This document shows positions 13,939-26,000 of a DNA stretch of 49,119 bases, one piece after another. The notes under the pieces were generated by a model. The model was given only the letters and a program-made list of their open reading frames with translations. It was not told where the DNA came from and did no database searches. Each line of letters starts with the position of its first letter. Within the stretch, counting starts at the first letter, position 1. A program made the translations under genes and the position numbers. Source of the stretch: Octopus bimaculoides (Eukaryota); contig NC_068998.1 in the NCBI RefSeq assembly GCF_001194135.2, positions 11,446,315-11,495,433 on the forward strand. Direction: 5' to 3'.

Positions 13939-14338
13939 TATAAAATAGTAGGGTAAAAAATTGGATATTAATTAATATCAATTTAATACCAGGAAACTAG
14001 CACATTAAAAGAATCAGGAGATTCAGAAAAAAATTATCTGAGATCTCAAAAGGATTATTGTATATGTATATATAAAAGAGACCACTAAGTGGACTGCTAA
14101 TGTGCTAGAAGAAGATCACCAAATAGCTCTCAAAGAAAAAATTTAGCAAAGCAAAAACATACGGGTGAGACTAGTGAAAATTATAGAAATAAATACATAG
14201 TTATCCGTATACAACTTTGTATTCATTTCTATAATTTTCACTAGTCTTGCCCGTATGTTTTTGCTTCGCTAAATTTTTTCTTTGAGAATTATTCGGTGAT
14301 CTTCTTCTAGCACATTAGCAGTCCACTTAGTGGTCTCT

Positions 14339-14385
<47 letters not shown>

Positions 14386-17300
14386 GATGGGTTTTTCCAG
14401 TTTCCATTTTCCAAATCCACTCACAAGTCTTTGATCGACCCAAGGCTACAGTAGAAGACACCTACCCAAAGTGCCACACAGTGGGACTGAACCCAGAACC
14501 ATGAGGTTGAGAAGTAAACTTCTTACCACACAACCATGCCTGCATCTCTGGATATGACTGGTTTAAATGCGCTAAAGGGGTTTTATTCATCAAGCTGAGA
14601 TGAAAGATGAAAAGTAAAGTTGACCTCAACAGGGTTTTGAACTCAACCCTCACCCCCACCCCATTGGTCATTCTACTGTTCTACCAATAATACTAATACT
14701 AATGATGATGATGATGATAATTATAATAGCTTGGCTAATTATAGTCTCCTTTTTGCTTCAGAGCCAAAATAGAAAATGAATACAGCAAAAGTCTGAATAG
14801 ACTAAACAAAGGCTCCGAAGTAGGGGACGATTTGGGGTAAGTGAAACTATTTCACCTTTGAATGTTTCTTTGTTTTTGCTTTTGTTTTGATTTTTTTTTT
14901 TGCTTTTTATTTTTTGTTTATTTTTTTGTTTTTTGTTTTTTGTTTTTGGCTTTCTTCCTTCTCTTTCCTATCTCTGTTCAGTGTTATTAATTTTATGGTT
15001 TTTCTTTCTCTTTTGCTCTTTAACCCTTGATAAATATGTTCTCTGAGTGTGCGTGTGTGTGTCTGCATGAGTTTATGTGTGCGTGATTGTGTAGTGCATA
15101 GCATTCACAATATTCTGTGTGCATGTGTGTGCACATGTGTGTATGCATGTGTGTGTGTGTACGCATGCATGTGTGTGTGGTGTGTGTGTGTGTGCTTGTG
15201 TTGAATAGTTTTGACAATGTTGTCATCTTTGTTTAACCCCGGGCCAACTCTTACAGTAGTGACCTGTCTGAAGGTCTTATGACCTTCCCATGGTAATCAT
15301 CCCATTTTTTCTTATTGCTTTATTGCTATTATAATATTTCAGACACAGTACACCTAGGACTATACTATCCAGTATGTACTAACAAATTGTTTTTAATAAA
15401 GTAGGATGTGATTTAGAGACTGAAGATTTGGTTGCTATTTCTAGCAAACCGAACGTCTTGTTTATATGGCTACATAGTTCATACGCCTTTAGTGTTGCTT
15501 GTATGCGTGTGCATACTAGCAGAGCACGAGGTTGATATTGTGTAATAGTTACAACCTGAGTTATTGGTGGTATGTATTGTCCTTATCTGTGGTTAGACAT
15601 ATGGCTTGTCTTGTAGTTGTTGTTATCTAGTCAACTGTTGAAAGCAAGCAGACATGCTTGTAGTCATAGGGTGGTTGTTTTGGGTGAGGTAGGGTGGAGT
15701 GGTTTTTTATTTTTAAATAAAATAGTTTTTTACTATTACAAGTGAGATACTAGGGGTATATTTTCTTGGTAAACTTTCCTCACAGTAAACCTTCTTCAGT
15801 GAACTTACCTGTATTCATAAAGAAGCTGGGTGAAAAAGAAAATGTTTTTGATGTGGGGTTTCCTTGGTCAGGGCTGACTTGAGATCAAATTACCACAACA
15901 ACTGTGCTGTATCCTGAACTCTGTGGCACTGATCCTGCAACCATGTCATTGAGAAGCAATACCACATAACCATGCCAGTACCTTTATAGGTACTGTGCAT
16001 GTATCCTGCATTGAACAGTTCAATCTACAATGACGAAAATCATTTGCAACTATCATGCAGTGTCAAGAGAAGGAGATAAACATTCACAGACTCACAATCT
16101 CATTCACTCACTCATTCACTCTCTCTCTCTCACACACACATCCATAAGCAAAGGATGACACCAAGAACATCATCTGTCTGTAGAATAATGTTCAACATAT
16201 CCTGTTGAACTCTTGCCAGCATGGATAAAATAAACATTAAAATTATGTTGATGATCTTTGTAGAAATGTGTGGCTATTATCAGGAAATTTTAGGAGGACG
16301 TGTTAATATGTATTTTTTCCTGAATGGTTGTCTTCTGTGAGTTTTAGAATCCAAGTGATTGGATATCATGTGGTGGCTCTTAATTTAAGTGTCCAGTGAC
16401 CAACTTTAGTTTTCCTGTTGTTTGTGACATGGGCTTGGTAACTAACCTATGTGGACAAAGATGTCAGTTTGACCTGATTAACGCAGCTGGGGCAGATTGA
16501 TAGCAAAGAGATTGCCAATCTTACTGTGACCATCCAGTTTTAATTGTTGTGTGACGATTATTATACCATCATAGAATCAATAAAATTTATTAACGAGGGT
16601 AGAAATTAATATTAATCAATTAAAACCAGTGGTCTAACATATTAAAAAAATCCGAAGATTAAAATTACATTACAAACAAAAATAAGAGGAATGACCAGCA
16701 AAAGTGGACTCCTATATGCTAGAAATAGATGCTGAATCATCTAACCATAAAAAAAAAATATATATATATATGTTCTGAGAACATATATATATTTTTTTTC
16801 GTGGTTAGATGATTCGGCATCTATTTCTAGCATATAGGAGTCCACTTTTGCTGGTCATTTTATTTTTGTATGTAATATCATAGAATCAATAGGTAGTTTT
16901 TATAAACTATATAGTACAAGGGTTGGCTGAAAAGTTCATTGGCTGACCAAGATACTGTCTCGGAATGTAACAAAATGAGGTTTAATTTCCAATGTAGCCC
17001 CCTTATGGTCCACACACTTCTTCCATCAGTGTTGCAGTGCATAGATTCTGTCGGTGAAGAATCTTTCATCCTTAAGGTAAAAAAGAATCATCAACAGCAG
17101 ATATGACATCATCATTGTGAAACTGGTTCCCAGCCAAGTGTTTTTTCATGTTAGGGAACAGATAATGGTCAGATAGGGCCAAATTAAGAGAATAGGAAGG
17201 GCAATCAACCAGTTCAAAACCATTGAAACCAAGGGCGTTTATAGTGGAGCATTGTCCTCGTGAAACAAGACCCTTTTCATCAGTTTTCCTGGGTGTTTGG

Positions 17301-17962
17301 TCTTGCTAGCCATTCATAACTGCCTCGGTAAGTTGAAAGAGTGCTCTCCATTGATAGTGTGGTCCTTTTGAAAATAGTCAATAAACACAATTCCTTTTGC
17401 ACCTCAAAAAACTGAGACTGTCACCTTCCCTCCAAATGAAACATCCATGGCCTTCTTTGGAGCAGATGAGGAGGGGGTTTCCACTGCCTGGATTGTCTCT
17501 TTGTCTTTCACTCAAAGTGATGGAACCCAACACTCATCCTGGGTTAGGAAACGTTCAAGGAAACCAGCTGGATCTACTTCAAACAATATCAGATTTTCCT
17601 GTGATGTGGTCAGCCTGGTACATTTTTGATCAGATGTCAGAAAATATGGTAGCCACCGAGCAGAAGCCCTCGTCATGCCAAGTTCATTGTGCAGAATATC
17701 CTCAAGCCTCTCACAGGATATGCTAATAGCATTGGCTATTTGGTTTACTCTCTTTTACTCTTTTACTTGTTTCAGTCATTTGACTGCGGCCATGCTGGAG
17801 CACCGCCTTTAGTCGAGCAAATCGACCCCAGGACTTATTCTTTGGAAGCCTAGTACTTATTCTATCGGTCTCTTTTGCCGAACTGCTAAGTTACGGGGAC
17901 GTAAACACACCAGCATCGGTTGTCAAGCTATGCTAGGGGGACAAACACAGACACACAAACAT

Positions 17963-18019
<57 letters not shown>

Positions 18020-19197
18020 TACGACGGGCTTCTTTCAGTTTCCGTCTACCAAATTCACTCACAAGGCTTTGGTCAGCCCGAGACTATAGTAGAAGACACT
18101 TGCCCAAGGTGCCACGCAGTGGGAATGAACCCGGAACCATGTGGTTGATCCATCACCACATTAGCAGTGATAGGAAAGACAGAGAGGGGGGGACAGCATA
18201 TCTGTAACCTTATGCCAAGCTGTCAAGTTGACCAAGCTGTTGTTGTTGTTGTTGTTGTAGTTGTCGTTGTTTTGTTCCAGGTCACTTCTTACTGAGTAGA
18301 CCTGTAATCAAAATTGTTTCAGCTTTGATCATTCCATTCTGTTCTTCCATCAAGCATTGCATTTCTAAGAATAAACGTGTCTAGAGTGTCCTTCACCTTT
18401 CAGTATGGTAGAGTGTTGTCATCTGAGAGGTATTTGGTTCTTATTATTAATGTTTCAGGTGACCACTGTAGATACTTCTTTCTTGGCTCAACTATACTTT
18501 TAGGCTAGTTGTTATTGCTCAGCTCCAAACCAGCTCTGACTGAACAGACCAATGATCAAAGATGGTCCAGCTATGACCACCCTGTCTTTATAATCTATAT
18601 TTTCTTAAACACAATTTAGCAGGAGTGGCTGTGTGGTAAGTAGCTTGCTTACCAACCACATGGTTCTGGGTTCAGTCCCACTGCATGACACTTTGGGCAA
18701 GTATCTTCTAGTATAGCCTCGGGCCGACCAAAGCCTTGTGAGTGGATTTGGTAGACGGAAACTGAATGAAGCTTGTCGTATATATGTATATATATATGTA
18801 TGTGTGTCTGTTTATATGTTTGTGTGTCTGAGTTTGTCCCCCCAACATCGCTTGACAACAGATGCTGGTGTATTTATGTCTCCGTAACTTAGCGGTTCGG
18901 CAAAAAGAGACCGATAGAATAAGTACTAGGCTTACAAAGAATAAGTCCCGGGGTCGATTTTCTCGACTAAAGGCGGTGCTCCAGCATAGTCGCAGTCAAA
19001 TGACTGAAACAAGTAAAAGAGTAAAGAGTAAAAGAGTATATAATACTACATTCTCTAACGTATTCTTTTCTAAAAAGAGTACCATATGATTCAAAAAAGA
19101 CATGGTTGCTATTTCTTGCAGATTGCACAAGCACAATTTTGGTTAGTAGTCGTTGTATGCAGTGGTTTATTAAAATAACTTCTGAATCAGTCAAGCT

Positions 19198-19250
<53 letters not shown>

Positions 19251-21766
19251 TTATTATATTTTATTTATATTTTTATAAATGTCACAAACATTCAGTTTAT
19301 TTTTAATTGTAATGTTGCTTCTTGCAATGCATAAGGTAGCTTACAAATTTTATATAACCTAAATTAGTAGCGTAATCGGTATTAATTGCTTTTACTGTCT
19401 GCACCAGTGGTTTTCAATCAGAGTCCATATATGATTTTGTTGTTAGAATTTGCGTGCAATAAATTGCCTATATAGGTGCAGGCTTGGCTGTGTGGTAAGA
19501 AACTTGCTTCCCAAGCAAATGGTTCCGGGTTCAGTCTCGGTTTAAAGATTTTTTAATTGAACAAACAAATTAATTTTTATTTTTCTTTCTTAAAAAAAAA
19601 AAAAATTCTTTTCTCTAGGGTTATGGGTCAATCTTGGATTAAGCTGAAATATGAATTTGATCAAGTTGCCTCTACACATGAAGAATTAAGCGCTATGCTT
19701 TCTTCTCAAGTTGAGAAAATTAAGACAATGAATGATAATCAGGATGAAAAGAAGCGAAAAGTGAGTTGCATTTTTAACATTCGTCTCAAACACTTGAAGA
19801 CAATTTGGACTAGTAATTGCAAGATCATGGTTTCAATCCCCAGACCATGTGTTGTGCTTTTGAGCAAAATACTTCATTTCACACTGCTTCAGTTCACTCA
19901 GCTGTTAATGGGTAATTTTGTGACAGAGTGGCGCACAGAGGTGAGAGGGTGACTCAGGAAAATCACTCAAACAGTGGAGGTCCAACGAGCTACTGAGCTA
20001 CTACGTTTTGTATTCAGTGATTGAAAGGATAAATGGTAAAACCCTTACTGTGAATCCCAATTGGTTGGGATTGGCTGTTCAGCCACATCAAAATACGCCT
20101 CATTGTTTAATGAAGATGGCTTTCTTTTATTTATTTTGGATGGGGACCTAAGTGGTTAGCATGGAATCACTGACTCACAAACGTGCTGTCTCCTCACACC
20201 ACATTTTCTACTCTAACTACTACTACTACTACAGTGGCCTTTGTTCTTTGAGACTGGCTGGTCTTATACCACCTCCACCTATCTGAATCATTTCTTCTCC
20301 CATTCACCACTCTATCCTCCTCAGCCCTCCACTAACTTTTAGGACCAACTTTTACCTCCCTAGAACTTCTTCACCCTTCCCATGTTTTCTTTATTATTAT
20401 GGTGGTGGTGGCAAAGATGATGGTGATTGTAGTGATGGTGAAAGCAATAATGACCATGACAACGATAGTGCCGCCGTGGTTATTTAGTCACAGTTCAGAG
20501 CAGGAATTGCACCATCCTTGACCTTTAGAAAGGTCAAGGACAATACATTTCCTGTTCTTACTAAGACATTAAGAAAAAAGAAAAAAATATCCCAAATTAC
20601 CTCAGACATTTAATTATTCTTTCTTTCTTTCTTCCTTTCTTTCTTTCTTTCTTGTAGTGTAAAGAGGCAGTAAGAAAGTGTCACTCACACAATTCATCCT
20701 TATACAACCGGACTTTAAATGTAAGTATTTTGTGTATATACTCACCAACACATCCACTCATACATGTGTGTATATGTGCATGTTGATATGACATGAGTGC
20801 TCAAAGCTCCTAGCTTTGGGTAAAAGAAAATACAGGAAGATCACTTAAATACATGATTTTATTCAACATATTCCCTTCTCAGATTCACACACTTATTGCA
20901 GTGGCCCTTCAGTTTTTCTAAGCCCTATAAAAGAACTCAGAAGGTTGGGCCTCCAACCAGGCCTTTTGCAATTCCCTTTAAGCCAGGAACTTTCCAGCAC
21001 TTACGTCGTATTTATATATATACATATATATAAATAAGAGGAGTGGCCACCAAGGGGGATTCCTGCTATACGCCAAATTGCCTTACCACAAAGAATATGT
21101 TCTCAAAAACTTTAGCTAAAGCCAGAATGTATGTGAACAAGACAAAATAGAGCAATTAACTCCATATGAGAACATATTCTTCATGGTAAGGCAATCTGGT
21201 GTCTTCTAGCATATTATGAATCCACCTTGGTGGCTATTCTTCTTATTTATACATGTAATATAGTTCATAGGTCTCAGACATTTTTTTTAAGTATGCTAGC
21301 CACTGGTTTAGATTAATATTAATTGATAGTATTAATTTCTACCCTCATTATTTAATTTTATATGTATGTATAGGAGTGGCTGTGTGGTAAGTAGCTTGCT
21401 TACCAACCACATGGTTCCGGGTTCAGTCCCACTGCATGGCATCTTGGGCAAGTGTCTTCTACTGTAGCCTCGAGCCGACCAAAGCCTTGTGAGTGGATTT
21501 GGGAGACAGAAACTGAAAGAAGCCTGTCGTATATATGTATATATATGTATGTGTGTATATATGTTTGTGTGTCTGTGTTTGTCCCTCCAACATCGCTTGA
21601 CAACCGATGCTGGTGTGTTTATGTCCCCGTAACTTAGTGATTCAGCAAAAAGAGACCGATAGAATAAGTACTAGCCTTACAAAGAATAAGTCCTGGGGTC
21701 GATTTGCTCGACTAAAGGCGGTGCTCCAGCATGGCTGCAGTTAAATGACTGAAACAAGTAGAAGAG

Positions 21767-21834
<68 letters not shown>

Positions 21835-22920
21835 TTATCATTATCATCATCATCATTTAGCCTCTGCTTTCCATGCTGGCATGGGTTGGACGGTTTGACT
21901 GAAAACTGGTAAGCTGAAGGCCTACACCTGGTTCCAATCTGATTTGGCATGGTTTCTACAGCTGGATGCCCTTCCTAATACCAACCACTCCAAGAGTATA
22001 ATGAGTGCTTTTTACATACCACTGGCATAGATGCTAGTTATGTGACACTGGCATCAACCACGACTACGATTTCACTTGATTGGACATATCACCAAAGGGC
22101 TTGGTCACTTATCATTGCCTCTGTGAGGCCCAGTGTTCGAAGGGTGCTTTTTATGTGTAACCAGCATTGGTGCCGGTTACATGACACTGGTATCAGCCAT
22201 GACTACACTTTCACTTGGTTCCACAGGTCTTCTCAAGCACGGTGTATCGCCAAAGGTCTTGGCCACTTGTCATTGCCCCCGTGAGGCCCAACGTTTGAAG
22301 TTCATGCTTCACCACCTCATCCTATATCTTCCTGAGTCCACCCCATCCCCAGGTTCCTTCCACGGTTGGAGATCGGCACGTCTTTACACAGCTATCCTCA
22401 TACATATGCATCACATAACCACAGCAACACAGTTGTCTCTCTTGCACACCGCATCCGATGCTTCTTATACCCAGCTTTTCTCTCACAACACTTACACTCT
22501 GTCCTACATGCACACTGATATTACTCATCAAGCAAAGCATACTAGCTTCATTGTTAATAAAACACAACATGAATTTGCAATAAGAACAAATTTCTTTTCA
22601 TATTTGTTTCAAGTAACATTGTGCTCTTCATACTTTGCCATGTCCTACCAGTTTATAAGACAGTTTTGTTTTTTTTCACAAAGTTCACATGATGTGTGTC
22701 TATATCAGTTTAGAAAATACTTTTACTACCTTTTCACCAATACAATTCAACAACCTACATAAGACTGAAGACTAAAAAAACTAAAACATGAGTGAATGTT
22801 TCTGGGTCAGTCCCACTGAACGAATGAATAATATCCTTTATTTATATAAATTTTATAGTTAGCTGTTTACTTATGTTGGTTTTTACTTCTTGTTTATTCA
22901 TACATATGTGTGTGTGTGTG

Positions 22921-22970
<50 letters not shown>

Positions 22971-22986
22971 TATACATATGAGTGTG

Positions 22987-23029
<43 letters not shown>

Positions 23030-26000
23030 NNNNNNNNNNNNNNNNNNNNNNNNNNNNNNNNNNNNNNNNNNNNNNNNNNNNNNNNNNNNNNNNNNNNNNN
23101 NNNNNNNNNNNNNNNNNNNNNNNNNNNNNNNNNNNNNNNNNNNNNNNNNNNNNNNNNNNNNNNNNNNNNNNNNNNNNNNNNNNNNNNNNNNNNNNNNNNN
23201 NNNNNNNNNNNNNNNNNNNNNNNNNNNNNNNNNNNNNNNNNNNNNNNNNNNNNNNNNNNNNNNNNNNNNNNNNNNNNNNNNNNNNNNNNNNNNNNNNNNN
23301 NNNNNNNNNNNNNNNNNNNNNNNNNNNNNNNNNNNNNNNNNNNNNNNNNNNNNNNNNNNNNNNNNNNNNNNNNNNNNNNNNNNNNNNNNNNNNNNNNNNN
23401 NNNNNNNNNNNNNNNNNNNNNNNNNNNNNNNNNNNNNNNNNNNNNNNNNNNNNNNNNNNNNNNNNNNNNNNNNNNNNNNNNNNNNNNNNNNNNNNNNNNN
23501 NNNNNNNNNNNNNNNNNNNNNNNNNNNNNNNNNNNNNNNNNNNNNNNNNNNNNNNNNNNNNNNNNNNNNNNNNNNNNNNNNNNNNNNNNNNNNNNNNNNN
23601 NNNNNNNNNNNNNNNNNNNNNNNNNNNNNNNNNNNNNNNNNNNNNNNNNNNNNNNNNNNNNNNNNNNNNNNNNNNNNNNNNNNNNNNNNNNNNNNNNNNN
23701 NNNNNNNNNNNNNNNNNNNNNNNNNNNNNNNNNNNNNNNNNNNNNNNNNNNNNNNNNNNNNNNNNNNNNNNNNNNNNNNNNNNNNNNNNNNNNNNNNNNN
23801 NNNNNNNNNNNNNNNNNNNNNTAAATACAGTGCTAGAAAGAACAGCTAAATTCCAAACCACTTTTAGGGATAAAACGTCGAAGGGAATGAAAAATAAAAA
23901 CATTTACCATCTATCTCTTGGACCATGGTTTCAGACTTATTTTAGCAAATATATATATATATATAATATAAATAATATACAGGGTGTCCACAAAGTCTGT
24001 GTACATGGGGATTAACACATACTTTAAGAAATTATTATTTCTTATATTTAATAGTTTATGTTATGATTTTATTTACTCCATGTACCCACATGGGGATTAA
24101 CACATGCACTAAGAAATTATTATTTCTTATATTTAAATGTTTATGTTATGATTTTATTTACTCCATGTACCCAGACTTTATGGACACCCTGTATATATGC
24201 ATATATGGGTACAGTAAACAACATGAAATACGAAAACGAATAAGTTAAATGTGCAAATAACAAGAGAAAAATGGAAAACAGGACAAGTAATACAAAGAAT
24301 GATCCTTCATCAGTTGTCGGTTGCCTATCTTACTTCCCATTTCGAGCAATATGAGTCAATGACAATATGAGTCTTCGAAAACAATTGCTCCCATAAATAC
24401 CAAAATAAAATTTTGGATTTATGGAGGGTTAAAGTTAGGAACGGAAACTGGACAGTGGAGACATACAGGGAAACCGAATGTAGACAAACATGGAGGGTTG
24501 TTAGACCTGAGCGAGGGGAAAATAGTGAATGCTGAGAAAAATATCTTCTTGGAAAAAAGAAAAGATAGAAGAGAGAGATAGGAGACAAGGGGTGCCAAAA
24601 AAGTTCCTGGTTTTAAGGTAACATGAAAAGCCTTATTGGAGGCCCAAACTTTTGGGTTCTTGTACAGAGCTTAGAAAAACTGAAGGACTACTACAATAAG
24701 TGTGTGAATATGTTGAATAAAATCATAATTAACTGATCCTCTTGTATTTTTTTTTTACCCAAATCTAGGAACCAGGAAGTTTACAGCCCCACCTCATGTG
24801 TGTGTGTATGCAGTGACAAATGCCTGTGGACACAAATCATACACATATGAAGTATGTGTGGTTGTGTACACACATACATATAATTTGTCTTGGCAAACTT
24901 TTGCGGTGACGTTTGTTAATGTTTCACAGAGTTGGCATGTAAACACCAGTGGAATAAATAATTATCTCAATTAAAAATGAAGAACGCTTGACATCAAGAT
25001 AAACAGTCAGTCATAGGAATGTTGCTTTAGAAAGTCATGTCTAACCTATGTCAGCATGGAAACAGATGTGAAAAGGATGTTGACAATGATGACATATGTA
25101 TATATATATATGTGTGTGTGTGTATATATACATATGTACGTGTATATACATGCAGATACGTGTATGTAACATGTTTGCGTGTGTGTGTGTATATATATAT
25201 ATATATGTATCAAAGCCTTGTGAGTGAATTTGGTAGATGGAAACTGAAAGAAACCCATTGAAAATATATGTTTGTGTTTGTCCCCCCATCCTACCATCAC
25301 TTGACAACTGATGTTGGTGTGTTTACATCCCCATATTCTAATGGTTCAGCAAAAGAGACCGATAGAATAAGTCCTGGGGTCAGTTTAAGGTATCTCTTAG
25401 ATACCCTAAATTATAATTTTCATAATAATTATTACCTCTGAGGTTTTTATTCCCATGCTGGCCACCTGATAAGATTGGTATTTTAAATAATGATCTTATC
25501 CTTATTCATATAAATTTATATATGTGTGTGTATATGTTTGTGTGTCTGTGTTTGTCCCCTCACCATTGCTTGACAACCGTTGTTGGTGTGTTTAAATCCC
25601 CATAACTTAGTGGTTTGGCTAAAGAGACCGATAGACTAAGTACTGGGCTTACAAAGAATAAGCCCTGGGATCGATTTGTTCAACGAAAGGCGGTGCTCCA
25701 GCATGGCCACAGTCAAACAACTGAAACAAATAAAAGAAAGAATGTCTACTCTTTTACTCTTTTACTCTTTTACTTGTTTCAGTCATTTGACTGCGGCCAT
25801 GCTGGAGCATCGCCTTTAGTCGAGCAAATCGACCCCAGGACTTATTCTTTTGGAAGCCTCGTACTTATTCTCTCGGTCTCTTTTGCCGAACCGCTAAGTT
25901 ACGGGGACGTAAACACACTAGCATCAGTTGTCAAGCGATGTTGGGGGGACAAACACAGACATATACACACATATACATATATACATGAGCAAAGTATTTT

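Noticed and set aside
22133-22762. 209-aa ORF in the track
   Set aside because: It overlaps the RTE-tailed repeat family and low-complexity flank, with no recognisable domain or splice context.
22842-24015. Longest ORFs in the track (280-380 aa)
   Set aside because: They are X-runs across a 792-nt N gap plus (TA)n/(TG)n repeats, not coding sequence.
24290-24400. Second possible hammerhead (minus-strand CUGAUGA at ~24311-24317 with an upstream GAAA)
   Set aside because: There is no GAAA after the putative stem II, and the permuted arrangement fails to form the stem II closing pair and stem III. It is probably a repeat remnant.
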